The notes beneath the pieces were generated by a model, which worked only from the letters and a program-made list of their open reading frames with translations, did not search any database and was not told where the DNA came from. A DNA stretch of 64,000 bases from an uncultured bacterium (GTDB taxonomy: Bacteria; SAR324; NAC60-12). The DNA lies in NCBI GenBank assembly GCA_965662845.1, contig CBFIJD010000006.1:42641-106640 (forward strand), written 5' to 3'. A program made the position numbers and the translations under genes. Positions 47,541 to 57,277 of the stretch are shown here, piece by piece (position 1 is the first letter of the stretch; every line of letters starts with the position of its first letter).

Positions 47541-47790
47541 TTACCAGCACTTAGGTTGGAAGTCCGCTGGGGTCTCGAGCAGGAACTGCTCATCGTGGAT
47601 GCCCGCGAGATAGAAGCCGCTCTCCAGCGCTTCTTGGCGCACATCCTCAGGAGCGTCGACGACAGCGAGCATCCCGTAGAGCGCTTTGTCGCCGTGTTCG
47701 GGGAGAAACTGCCGGAAGCGCTCCATGATGTCGCGTAGCTGAGCGATCCCGCTGGAGCGCAGGTGGCTCTTGACCTCGACGACGTAGGCT
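47541..47790 (-). pseudogene. C-terminal remnant of a DUF3782-like / PD-(D/E)xK-fold protein
   Basis: AYVVEVKSHLR...FRQFLPEHGDKALYGMLAVVD...IHDEQF...FQPK is family-like, while the upstream in-frame sequence is unrelated and lacks the N-terminal part. Confidence 0.65.
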
Positions 47791-48028
47791 GCTGGTGGGC
47801 ATGGGTCTGCGGAGGGTCGGAAGAGCACTGGATGTAGAACCAAACACATGCATCAGCTGCGCGACTACTTCTGCCAGTGCCTTATGGTGAGTTCAATCAG
47901 GAAGGTACTGCGACTTTTGATCAGCGTCTCTCCAACCAGCAAACGCACGGGCGAGGGGGCCTCCCGCAGGTGGCTCCTCTATCCGGACTAGAGCTGCCGT
48001 CACTGGCCCGCTCACTTTGGCGTTTCGC

Positions 48029-49108
48029 TCAGTTTCGATCTAGCGCGTTGAGGTCGCTGAAGGCTTGCTCTAGGCGCTCGGCCATCTTCACTTGGCCGGC
48101 GCGCAGCCACACTCGGGGGTCGTAATATCTCTTGTTCGGCTTGTTGGCGCCCTCAGGGTTGCCAATCTGTGACTGCAAGTAGCCTTCGTTCGTTTGGTAA
48201 TACTCGCGCACCCCCGACCACGTTGCCCACTGTGTGTCTGTGTCGATGTTCATCTTGATCACGCCATAGGAGATCGCCTCGCGGATCTCGGCTTGGCTAG
48301 AACCAGAGCCACCGTGGAACACAAAGTTGACAGGTTTGGCCGCGGTTCCGAACTTCGCTTGGATGTGCTTCTGCGAGTTGTCCAGAATGATCGGTGTGAG
48401 TTTGACGTTCCCTGGCGAGTACACACCATGCACATTACCGAACGAGGCCGCGACGGTGAAGCGATCGCTCACTTGCTTGAGGTGCTCATAAGCGTAAGCC
48501 ACTTCTTCCGGCTGGGTGTAGAGCATCGCGTTGTCCACATCGCTGTTGTCCACGCCGTCTTCTTCGCCACCGGTCACTCCCAGCTCGATCTCCAGCGTCA
48601 TGCCGATGCGGCTCATGCGCTCCAGATAGCGCGCGCAAATCTCGATGTTTTCTGCCAACGGCTCTTCGGACAAGTCCAGCATGTGTGAGCTGAAGAGCGG
48701 TCGTCCGGTCTGCGCAAATTCTTTCTCACCGGCATCTAGCAAGCCGTCAATCCAAGGCAGCAATTTTTTAGCGGCGTGATCGGTGTGTAGCACCACAGGC
48801 ACTCCATACGCTGCCGCCATGATATGGACGTGTCGCGCCGCTGCAATCGCGCCCAACACCTGCGAGCCTTGCCCTTCGCTTTTGAGACCTTTACCCGCGA
48901 AGAAAGCAGCGCCGCCGTTGGAGAGTTGAATGACCACCGGAGAGTTCACCTTCGCTGCGGCTTCCAGCACAGCGTTGATGGAATCAGTGCCAACAACGTT
49001 CACCGCAGGGAGCGCAAACTCGTTTTGCTTGGCAATGCGAAACACTTCTTGAACTTCGTCAGCTGCGAGAACGCCAGCGGCAACTTGGTCGAGGATTTTT
49101 TCTGACAT
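48029..49108 (-). CDS. fbaA: Class II fructose-bisphosphate aldolase (E. coli FbaA type)
   Basis: FALPAVN, HTDH, SSHMLDLSEE, GGEEDG, FGNVHG, FHGGSGS, YYDPRVWLR. Confidence 0.97.
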   Translation of the reverse strand: MSEKILDQVAAGVLAADEVQEVFRIAKQNEFALPAVNVVGTDSINAVLEAAAKVNSPVVIQLSNGGAAFFAGKGLKSEGQGSQVLGAIAAARHVHIMAAAYGVPVVLHTDHAAKKLLPWIDGLLDAGEKEFAQTGRPLFSSHMLDLSEEPLAENIEICARYLERMSRIGMTLEIELGVTGGEEDGVDNSDVDNAMLYTQPEEVAYAYEHLKQVSDRFTVAASFGNVHGVYSPGNVKLTPIILDNSQKHIQAKFGTAAKPVNFVFHGGSGSSQAEIREAISYGVIKMNIDTDTQWATWSGVREYYQTNEGYLQSQIGNPEGANKPNKRYYDPRVWLRAGQVKMAERLEQAFSDLNALDRN

Positions 49109-49232
49109 GAGACCTATTGAGTAAGTATTCAAAAAATAAACACGCGGTGCTTGGGTCAGCAAGCGACCACGCGCAAGGAATACCAACTTAGTGCCACGAG
49201 TGCCAGTGTACGATGGGAAACAGTTTGAAGAT

Positions 49233-50012
49233 CTAAGCGGCTTGTAAGTCAGGGGGAGGTTCCATCGCGCCGGTCATCATCGCGACCGCGTCGGACATTG
49301 AGAAGTCTTGTGGGCGAATCACCGCCAAGCGGCGACCGAGCCGATGAATGTGAATTCGATCAGCGACCTCAAAAACGTGAGGCATGTTGTGCGAGATCAA
49401 CACAATCGGCAACCCGCGACGCTTCACATCCAGCAACAGTTCCAGCACGCGGCGGGACTCCTTCACCCCAAGCGCGGCGGTGGGTTCATCCATGATGACC
49501 ACACGGCTCCCAAACGCGGCGGCTCGCGCAACCGCGACACCTTGACGCTGCCCGCCTGAGAGCGTCTCTACAGCTTGATCGATATTTTGGATCGTCATCA
49601 GCCCTAGCTCAGAGAGCTTTTCGCGAGCGATGCGACGCATCTCGGTCTTATCCAGTTTGCGGAAGAGCGTCCCTAGCGGCCCTTTCCTGCGAATTTCGCG
49701 TCCGAGGAAGAGGTTGTCTGCGATCGAGAGCGCCGGAGACAGCGCTAGGTTCTGATACACCGTCTCGATGCCCGCCTCCCGAGCGTCTTGCGGTGACTGA
49801 AAGCGCACGGATTTGCCTTCCAGCGTGATCTCTCCCGCGTCGGGAACAATCGCTCCGCTCAGCGCTTTGATCAGCGTGGACTTGCCTGCGCCGTTGTCGC
49901 CAATCACCGCGAGGATCTCGTTGGGATACAGTTCAAAATCGCAGTGATCGAGCGCCGTTACTCTGCCATAGCGCTTCACCAAGCCCTGGGCTTGTAACAT
50001 CGGTTGTGTCAT
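49233..50012 (-). CDS. frcA: Fructose/mannose/ribose ABC transporter ATPase
   Basis: GDNGAGKST, GIETVYQNLAL, LSGGQRQ, DEPTAALGV, ATGA overlap with the permease. Confidence 0.9.
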   Translation of the reverse strand: MTQPMLQAQGLVKRYGRVTALDHCDFELYPNEILAVIGDNGAGKSTLIKALSGAIVPDAGEITLEGKSVRFQSPQDAREAGIETVYQNLALSPALSIADNLFLGREIRRKGPLGTLFRKLDKTEMRRIAREKLSELGLMTIQNIDQAVETLSGGQRQGVAVARAAAFGSRVVIMDEPTAALGVKESRRVLELLLDVKRRGLPIVLISHNMPHVFEVADRIHIHRLGRRLAVIRPQDFSMSDAVAMMTGAMEPPPDLQAA

Positions 50013-51094
50013 GACGATACCTTTCGAATCCATTGATCTACAGCGACCGCCGCGATGATCAGCACACCGACGGCAAACTGCTGCCAGAGGACGTCCACGC
50101 CGCCAAGTTTGAGCCCGGAGCGGAACACACCGACAATCAGCGCTCCGACGAGCGTCCCGAGAATCGAGCCTCGCCCTCCAAAGAGGGACGTCCCGCCAAT
50201 CACGACGGCAGTGATCGCGTCGAGGTTCCCTTCGTAAAAGCTCTGCGGGCTCACAGAACCGACGCGCCCAATCGCAGCCCAGCCGGCGAGCGCACACAGT
50301 GTCCCCGCGAGCGCGTAGACCGAGAGAAGCATCCGAGTGGTGGGCACGCCCGCGAGACGGGCTGCGTCTGGGTCGTCACCAACGGCGTAAACATGGCGCC
50401 CCCACGCGGTGTGATTAAGCACGTACCACATCGCCCCAAAGAGGGCGATCATCAGGAAAGATCCGTACGTGAACTGTGCCCCGAAAATGCCCACTCGCTC
50501 TCCAAAGAACTTGAGCAGCGGTGCCGTCGCGTCAATGTCCTGACTGCGGATCGTCTCAGAGCCGGAGTACCAAAGGTTCAGAGCATAGAAGATGCTCCAC
50601 GTCCCGAGGGTCACAATGAATGGCGGCAGCCGCAGCAGCGTCACCAGCGCTCCGTTGAGCAGTCCGCAGAGAAAGCCAACGCACATCCCGACGAGCAAGG
50701 CGATTTCAACGGGCCATCCCAAGTTGACGCCCAGATTGCCCATCACGACGTAGCTCAGCACCATCGTCGCGGCGACACTGAGATCAATGCCTGCGGTGAG
50801 AATGACCAGCGTCTGCGCGACACCCAACATGCCGATGATCGTCACTTGCTGAATAATCAGCGAGAGATTGAAGGTTGAGAAAAAGTTGTTCGCGACCGCC
50901 CCAAATCCAGCGACGCTCACAAGCAGCACAAACAGCGGAGCAGCGGTCGGGTTGGCGTGCAGAAAGTGATGAAGATTTTGCAGCGGGGTGCGCGCAGGCT
51001 CTTCGAAGTGAGGCAGCTCTTTTGCGCTCTGGTTGAGCACTGTTTCGTAGTCTTGGGTAGGCGATTTTTTTTGTCCCAGTGTGCTCTCCCCCAT
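50009..51094 (-). CDS. frcC: Fructose ABC transporter permease
   Basis: ILTAGIDLS, PPFIVTLG, GRHVYAVGD, AVVIGGTSLFGGRG. Confidence 0.9.
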   Translation of the reverse strand: MGESTLGQKKSPTQDYETVLNQSAKELPHFEEPARTPLQNLHHFLHANPTAAPLFVLLVSVAGFGAVANNFFSTFNLSLIIQQVTIIGMLGVAQTLVILTAGIDLSVAATMVLSYVVMGNLGVNLGWPVEIALLVGMCVGFLCGLLNGALVTLLRLPPFIVTLGTWSIFYALNLWYSGSETIRSQDIDATAPLLKFFGERVGIFGAQFTYGSFLMIALFGAMWYVLNHTAWGRHVYAVGDDPDAARLAGVPTTRMLLSVYALAGTLCALAGWAAIGRVGSVSPQSFYEGNLDAITAVVIGGTSLFGGRGSILGTLVGALIVGVFRSGLKLGGVDVLWQQFAVGVLIIAAVAVDQWIRKVSS

Positions 51095-51170
51095 GTTTTC
51101 TCCCTAGCGGCGAAGAGGGAGTCCGTGCGGCAACACTCGCTCCCAAAGTGATCAAATCAACGGGTGAGGC

Positions 51171-52199
51171 TTAGCCCCAGCACGCCTGCAGTCCTTCTTC
51201 AGAAGACTTGGACGGGATCCCCGAGACGGGCTCATCCGTGATCAGCTCCACGCCCGTGTTGTAGAAGTCCAGCCCAGGGGTGGGCTTCGGCTTTTCGCCT
51301 GTGAAGTGATATTTCACCACGGCTTCGATCCCAAGAGCGGCCATACGCAGCGGGAACTGCATCGAGGTCGCACCGATCACGCCTTCTTGGATGTTGCGCA
51401 CTCCAGGGCAACCGCCGTCCACAGAGACGATGGTCACGTCACCTTCTTTGCCAAACGCCTTGAGCGCTTCGTAAGCGCCAGCGGCTGCGGGTTCGTTGAT
51501 GGTGTACACCAAGTTCACGCCTGGATCGCGCTGCATCAGGTTCTCCATGGCCGTGCGTCCACCTTCTTCGGCGCCACGAGTGACGTCATTGCCGACGATG
51601 CGCTTGTCGTTCTCGTCGCCGATGTCGTTCGGGTCATTCAGGTCTACGCCGAAGCCCTGCAAAAAGCCTTGGTTGCGCGCGACATCTACAGTCACTTCAG
51701 CGGCAGACAAGTCGAGCAGGGCAATCTTCGCGTTCGCGGCGGCGCTTCCCATCTTCGCCTTTGCCCACTGACCGATCAGCTCGCCAGCCTTGAAGTTGTC
51801 GGTGGCGAAAGTCGCGTCAGCAGCGTTGATGGGATCCAGCGGAGTGTCTAAGGCGATGACGAGGATGCCCGCTTCACGCGCCTTCTCGATGGTGGGCACG
51901 ATCGCTTTCGTGTCGCTGGGGGTGATCAAAATTCCTTTGGCGCCTGCCGCGATCAAGCTCTCGACGGCCTCGACCTGCGCTTCGTTGTCGCCATCGTATT
52001 TTCCGGAGTAAGTCAACAGCTGTACGCCCAAGGCATCCGCGCGCGCTTTGGCGCCTTCACGCATCTTCACAAAGAAAGGGTTGGTGTTGGTTTTGGTGAT
52101 CAACCCCACAATCGGAGCGTTTGCCATCGCGCTGCTCGCGGACGCTGCCAAGACTACGCTGGCGAATCCAGCCATGAACAAAGATTTCATACTTTTCAT
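51171..52199 (-). CDS. frcB: Fructose ABC transporter substrate-binding protein
   Basis: Signal peptide, [45 protein letters not shown]. Confidence 0.9.
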   Translation of the reverse strand: MKSMKSLFMAGFASVVLAASASSAMANAPIVGLITKTNTNPFFVKMREGAKARADALGVQLLTYSGKYDGDNEAQVEAVESLIAAGAKGILITPSDTKAIVPTIEKAREAGILVIALDTPLDPINAADATFATDNFKAGELIGQWAKAKMGSAAANAKIALLDLSAAEVTVDVARNQGFLQGFGVDLNDPNDIGDENDKRIVGNDVTRGAEEGGRTAMENLMQRDPGVNLVYTINEPAAAGAYEALKAFGKEGDVTIVSVDGGCPGVRNIQEGVIGATSMQFPLRMAALGIEAVVKYHFTGEKPKPTPGLDFYNTGVELITDEPVSGIPSKSSEEGLQACWG

Positions 52200-52259
52200 C
52201 GTTCTTCCTCCACAGGAATGTTCAAAAAAAGCCTTTGTGACAAACAAAAGCGTGCTCGT

Positions 52260-52342
52260 ATTCAAACCAGATTTTGAACCCCTGTCAATAACTAAATCAC
52301 TTTGATTTAATTATTGCGATTCGGGTGCTAGTTCTCTATAAT
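52260..52342. promoter_or_regulatory. Divergent sigma70-type promoters with a central palindromic operator
   Basis: AATAA-C-TAAATCA-CTT-TGATTTA-A-TTATT (52287-52315); minus strand TTGACA-17-TTGAAT; plus strand TTGCGA-17-TATAAT. Confidence 0.8.
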
Positions 52343-52390
52343 TTCGACCTCAGCAATGCTGCTTCCTCCTGCTCATGACGAAAAGGTGCC

Positions 52391-53551
52391 GTGGATTATT
52401 CACAGAATGAACGCTTCGTATTGCAATGCCTTCGACGACGTCCTGGACTCTCGCGCGCAGAGATTGCGCGGTTGAGCGGGCAGAGCGCTCAGACCATCTC
52501 GGTCGTCACCAACCGGCTCTTACGGGATGGTCTCGTTCTCGAACGAGAGAAGCGCTATGGCTCGGTAGGCAAGCCCGCCACACAGCTACAGCTCAACCCA
52601 CAGGGGGCGTATTCGCTGGGGATCAAGCTGGGCCGCAAAGATATTGTGATCGCGCTGGTCGATTTCACAGGTGTGATCATTGACCGCGTCCTCCTGCAAG
52701 AACTCACCAATCCTCAAGAGGACCTACAACTGGTGATTCAGCAGAGCAATCGGCTCTTCCAACAGAATCCTGGCAGCGCATTCCGCTTGGCTGGCATCGG
52801 CGTCGCTGCGCCCTATCGTTTGGAGTCTTGGCATGAGGAGCTCCGCCTCGACACCGAGACTTCAGCCCGACTCGCGGAGTGGGCGGATGTGAACATCGCC
52901 GAGACGCTGTACAGTCACTTTGGTTGTGAGGTCTTCCTTGAGAATGACGGAACCGCCGCGACCATGGCGGAGATGCTCTTTGGCGTTGGGCAGAAGACGC
53001 AGGACTTCGTGTATGTCTTTTTGGATGTGGTGATTGGTGGCGGGATTGTGTGCAACGGAGACATCTGGCGAGGCCCCCACGGCAACGCCGGGGACTTAGC
53101 GCTGATGCGCTTGGGCGAACCCGGCAAGGCGTCGCTGCTGCTCGAACACGCCTCGCTCTATCAACTGCTCAATGAGCTACAGCGCGCCGGCATTGAGAAG
53201 CCTCGGATTGCGGGCTTGGAGCGCATTGACGGCCCAGAGCGCAAGCTTTTCGAGCAGTGGGTGAACCGCGCTGCGCGAGCGCTGGGGCTCCTCGCGTTCA
53301 ATATGCACAGCCTGCTCGACACGCAGGCCATCGTGCTCGCCAGCCGCTTGCCTCCTGAGCCGATGCGCTTCTTCACACAAGCGATGGAAGAAGCCCTCCA
53401 CCTAGAGCATCAGCTCGACCCAGGCCAAAGCCGGCCTCGCATCTTAGAGGGTCACCTTCGCACCGACGTCCACGCGCTTGGCGCCGCGATGGTGCCGTAT
53501 TATCACCGCTATGCGCCCACCCCCAGCCTGCTCCAAGGCCGCGATTCATAA
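52391..53551 (+). CDS. ROK family transcriptional regulator (FrcR-like)
   Basis: N-terminal HTH SRAEIARLSG, G.VGKP, ENDGTAA, IGGGIV..G...GPHGNAG. Confidence 0.92.
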   Translation: MDYSQNERFVLQCLRRRPGLSRAEIARLSGQSAQTISVVTNRLLRDGLVLEREKRYGSVGKPATQLQLNPQGAYSLGIKLGRKDIVIALVDFTGVIIDRVLLQELTNPQEDLQLVIQQSNRLFQQNPGSAFRLAGIGVAAPYRLESWHEELRLDTETSARLAEWADVNIAETLYSHFGCEVFLENDGTAATMAEMLFGVGQKTQDFVYVFLDVVIGGGIVCNGDIWRGPHGNAGDLALMRLGEPGKASLLLEHASLYQLLNELQRAGIEKPRIAGLERIDGPERKLFEQWVNRAARALGLLAFNMHSLLDTQAIVLASRLPPEPMRFFTQAMEEALHLEHQLDPGQSRPRILEGHLRTDVHALGAAMVPYYHRYAPTPSLLQGRDS

Positions 53552-53654
53552 CGTTCTCTCCACACGGCCCACTCGCGAGCGCTGGGGCTACCCATGGTCT
53601 ATCCTCCCTACATGCGTAGCAGCTCGTTGGGCCACCCCCTCTCCTTGGCTTTCC

Positions 53655-53683
53655 TTGACCTCTCTTGTGCAGGTGCGTAAGGT
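53655..53683 (+). promoter_or_regulatory. Putative sigma70 promoter of the NAGGN operon
   Basis: TTGACC-17 nt-TAAGGT upstream of GGAG RBS. Confidence 0.5.
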
Positions 53684-53720
53684 ATCCGCTTTTTTCGCCA
53701 ACTTGTATGGAGCAATCAGA

Positions 53721-55505
53721 ATGTGTGGAATCTGCGGCGAAGTCCGATGGGATGGTCAACGCCCCTCTGCGGGAACCATTCAAACCATGACCCACGCGCT
53801 GGAGTCGCGAGGCCCCGACAACGTGGGGATTTATCAACAAGGCAGCCGCGCTTTCGGACACCGCCGCCTGCAAATCATCGACACGTCTGAGCTCTCCCAT
53901 CAGCCGATGTTCGATCCTGAGCTGGGGCTCGGCATTGTCTTCAACGGCTGCATCTACAACTATCCGGCCCTCCGACAAGAGCTACAGCAGCGTGGCTATC
54001 GCTTCTTCTCCCACGGCGACACCGAAGTCTTGCTCAAGGCCTATCACGCGTGGGGCGACGACTTCGTGCAGCGCCTCAATGGCATGTTCGCGTTCGCCAT
54101 CTGGGATCGAAGCAGTGGTGAAGTTCTCTGTGGACGCGACCGCTTAGGCATCAAACCGTTCTATTACACCCACGCGCAGGGATTTTTTCGTTTCGCCTCT
54201 TCCTTACCCGCGCTGCTCAAAGTTGGAGACGTCAACACGGACATTGACCCAGTCGCCCTGCATCACTATCTGCACTTCCACGCGGTTGTCCCTGCGCCGC
54301 ACACGATCCTCCAAGGCATCCGCAAACTTGCGCCCGCCACCTTGCTGCGACTGTATCCCAACGGCCTCACCCGAGAGCGAGTCTATTGGCGACCTTCGTT
54401 CTTGACCTCTCCTGAAGAAAAACGCTTAGGAGAAGCCGACTGGAAAGTCTGGGTGCACCAAGCGCTCCGCAAAGCGGTCGATCGTCGCATGGTCGCAGAT
54501 GTTCCAGTGGGAGTGTTGCTCTCCGGAGGGTTAGACTCCTCGCTCATCGTCGGTTTGCTCGCGGAGGCGGGACAACGCGACCTGCACACCTTCTCCGTTG
54601 GGTTCCCCTCCGCCTCTGAAGAAGAGGGCAACGAATTTCGCTATTCCGATTTGATTGCTGAACGCTACGGCACACAACATCACCGCATTACTGTCGACCA
54701 CCAAGAATTGCTAGAACAGCTGCCTCACTGCATCGCTGCGATGAGCGAACCGATGGTCAGTCATGACGCAATTGGCTTCTTCTTGCTGTCTCGTGAAGTC
54801 TCTAAACATGTGAAGGCCGTTCAGAGTGGCCAAGGCGCCGATGAAATTTTTGCGGGCTATCACTGGTATCCGCCGCTCACCAAAGTCTCTGTCGACGAGG
54901 CCGTCGCGACTTACCAACGCGTCTTTTTTGACCGCGACGCCGCCGAATATCGCGATACCGTCAACGAGCGGTTCTATCTGACACACGATCACTCCGAAGC
55001 CTTCGTGCGACAACACTTTGCCCAAGAAGGCGCTAGCACAGCGATTGAGAAAGGACTTCGCCTCGACACACAAATCATGCTCGTTGACGACCCTGTCAAA
55101 CGCGTAGACAACATGACGATGGCTTGGGGCGTCGAAGCCCGAGTGCCCTTCTTAGATCACGAACTGGTCGAACTCGCCGCGCGGGTGCCCGCCCAGTTTA
55201 AGGTCGCCCAAGGGGGCAAGCACATTTTGAAGGCGGTCGCGCGCGATGTGGTTCCTCACGAAGTCATTGATCGGCCCAAAGGCTACTTCCCCGTCCCTGG
55301 CCTGAAATACATCGAAGGGCCCTACTTGGACTTAGCCAAAGAGGTCTTGTCCCAGAACGCCGCACGGCAGCGTCAACTGTTTCAGACCGACTATCTGAAT
55401 CGTCTCCTCGAAGATCCCAAAGCGCATCTCACGCCGTTGCGCGGCTCCAAGCTCTGGCAGCTGACCCTGCTTGAGTATTGGCTGCAGCTGCACCACGTCT
55501 CCTGA
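53721..55505 (+). CDS. N-acetylglutaminylglutamine amidotransferase (AsnB-like)
   Basis: MCGICG Ntn Cys, GHRRL, LLSGGLDSS, EPMVSHD, MLVDDPVKRVDNMTMAWG, operon context. Confidence 0.93.
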   Translation: MCGICGEVRWDGQRPSAGTIQTMTHALESRGPDNVGIYQQGSRAFGHRRLQIIDTSELSHQPMFDPELGLGIVFNGCIYNYPALRQELQQRGYRFFSHGDTEVLLKAYHAWGDDFVQRLNGMFAFAIWDRSSGEVLCGRDRLGIKPFYYTHAQGFFRFASSLPALLKVGDVNTDIDPVALHHYLHFHAVVPAPHTILQGIRKLAPATLLRLYPNGLTRERVYWRPSFLTSPEEKRLGEADWKVWVHQALRKAVDRRMVADVPVGVLLSGGLDSSLIVGLLAEAGQRDLHTFSVGFPSASEEEGNEFRYSDLIAERYGTQHHRITVDHQELLEQLPHCIAAMSEPMVSHDAIGFFLLSREVSKHVKAVQSGQGADEIFAGYHWYPPLTKVSVDEAVATYQRVFFDRDAAEYRDTVNERFYLTHDHSEAFVRQHFAQEGASTAIEKGLRLDTQIMLVDDPVKRVDNMTMAWGVEARVPFLDHELVELAARVPAQFKVAQGGKHILKAVARDVVPHEVIDRPKGYFPVPGLKYIEGPYLDLAKEVLSQNAARQRQLFQTDYLNRLLEDPKAHLTPLRGSKLWQLTLLEYWLQLHHVS

Positions 55506-55510
55506 GCATC

Positions 55511-57277
55511 ATGGCCTCGCACAAACCACACGTACACCTTGACCCACTCTCTTCGCCTTCTCTGAAAAACTGGGGAAAGCCGCCTGATCAACAGAACATG
55601 TGGATTCCTCAGCGCAACGTCTATGTGGAGTGCGGCTGGGGACGCCTGATCTTCGGGCACACCTTTGACGACAACCAGCTCATTGCAGAGCTTCTGCGCG
55701 GCGAAGAAGAGGGCAAACGCGACATTGCCCTCTACCTGCGAGACCCACACATCGTCCTCTCTCAGTCTCCTCAAGAACTCTTCCTCGATCCGTCCTTCAC
55801 CTTTCGTTACTGGCTCTCTCAAACGCTCCCCTCCATCCCGGAATCGGTGGGTTTCACGATCCGTGAACTCCGCGACGAGGCCGACCTCAACGCCGTCAAC
55901 CGGATCTATCAAGCCCACAACATGATCCCGATCAACATGGCCACGATCCGGAACAACGCCTCCAAACAACTCAGCTACTTCGTCGCCTGTTTGCACGACA
56001 GCCACGAAATCATCGGAACGGTCATTGGAGTCGATCACGTGGCTGTCTTCGAAGATCCCGAGAACGGCTGCAGCCTGTGGTGCCTCGCCGTCGATCCTCA
56101 GGCTCCCGTCGCCGGAGTCGGGCAAGCCTTGGTGCGACACCTGCTGGAGCACTATCAAGCACAAGGCCGCGGCTTTTTAGACCTATCGGTGATGCACTTT
56201 AATACCGAAGCCATTCAACTTTATGAAAAACTCGGCTTTGAGCAAGTGCCTGTCTTCTGCCTCAAGCGCAAGAATGCGATCAACGAGAAGCTGTATATTG
56301 GACCAGAACCAGAAGAGACCTCGGAACTGAACCCTTACTCCCTAATTCTAATCAACGAGGCGCGTCGGCGCGGCATTAGTGTCAAAGTCTTGGACGCCGA
56401 CAACAACTACTTCCAGCTGCACTATGGCGGACGCACGATCACTTGTCGCGAGTCGCTCACCGACTTGACCTCCGCCATCGCCATGAGCCGTTGTGCCGAC
56501 AAAGCCGTGACCACTGCGCTCGCCGAGCAAGAAGGTCTCAGCGTTCCAGCTCAGCGCATCGCGACGCAGACCGATGAAGATTTTCAGTTTTTGCAGAAGT
56601 ATCGCCCGTTAGCGGTCAAGCCAAGTGACGGAGAGCAAGGGAAGGGGATCAGCCTCGGCGTCTCTTCAGCAGATGAGCTAGAGTTGGCCGTCCGGCAGGC
56701 GCTGACGTCGGGTTCCAAAGTCATTCTGGAAGAAATGGTCGCTGGCATGGATCTAAGGATCGTCGTGATCAATTATGAAGTCGTCGCAGCGGCCGTGCGC
56801 AAACCCGCAGAAGTCATCGGAAATGGGGAGCTGACCGTGCGGCAATTGATCGAAAAGCAGAGCCGCCGCAGAGCCGCCGCCACAGGAGGAGAAAGCACCA
56901 TCCCGCTCGACAAAGAGACCGAGAAATGTGTGCATGCAAGGGGCTACAGTTTAAGCGAAATTCTCCCCGCTGAGGCTCGGCTCCAAGTGCGGCGCACCGC
57001 CAACTTACACACAGGTGGCACGATTCATGACGTCACCGAACAGCTACATCCCGATTTGGCAGAGGCCGCAATTCGCTTAGCGCGCGCCTTAGAAATTCCC
57101 GTCGTCGGCGTGGATTTCATGGTAACGTCTCCAACCGAGCCCACCTATTTTTTCATTGAAGCCAACGAGCGTCCGGGGTTAGCGAATCACGAACCTCAAC
57201 CAACAGCGGAACGTTTTATCGATCTGCTGTTTCCCAACACCATCTTGCCCCCTACAACGGAGACCCCCGATGCGTAA
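55511..57277 (+). CDS. ngg: N-acetylglutaminylglutamine synthetase (GNAT + ATP-grasp)
   Basis: CGWGRLIFG, SLWCLAVDPQ, CRESLTDLTSA, ANLHTGG, IEANERPGLANHEPQPTAERF. Confidence 0.93.
   Translation: MASHKPHVHLDPLSSPSLKNWGKPPDQQNMWIPQRNVYVECGWGRLIFGHTFDDNQLIAELLRGEEEGKRDIALYLRDPHIVLSQSPQELFLDPSFTFRYWLSQTLPSIPESVGFTIRELRDEADLNAVNRIYQAHNMIPINMATIRNNASKQLSYFVACLHDSHEIIGTVIGVDHVAVFEDPENGCSLWCLAVDPQAPVAGVGQALVRHLLEHYQAQGRGFLDLSVMHFNTEAIQLYEKLGFEQVPVFCLKRKNAINEKLYIGPEPEETSELNPYSLILINEARRRGISVKVLDADNNYFQLHYGGRTITCRESLTDLTSAIAMSRCADKAVTTALAEQEGLSVPAQRIATQTDEDFQFLQKYRPLAVKPSDGEQGKGISLGVSSADELELAVRQALTSGSKVILEEMVAGMDLRIVVINYEVVAAAVRKPAEVIGNGELTVRQLIEKQSRRRAAATGGESTIPLDKETEKCVHARGYSLSEILPAEARLQVRRTANLHTGGTIHDVTEQLHPDLAEAAIRLARALEIPVVGVDFMVTSPTEPTYFFIEANERPGLANHEPQPTAERFIDLLFPNTILPPTTETPDA

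Noticed and set aside
49233..50297. 354-aa version of frcA
   Set aside because: The extension overlaps frcC, and the ATGA-coupled ATG at 50012 gives a normal ATPase.
53478..53720. N-terminal extension of the amidotransferase
   Set aside because: Ntn amidotransferases need Cys2, and MCG at 53721 has an RBS.
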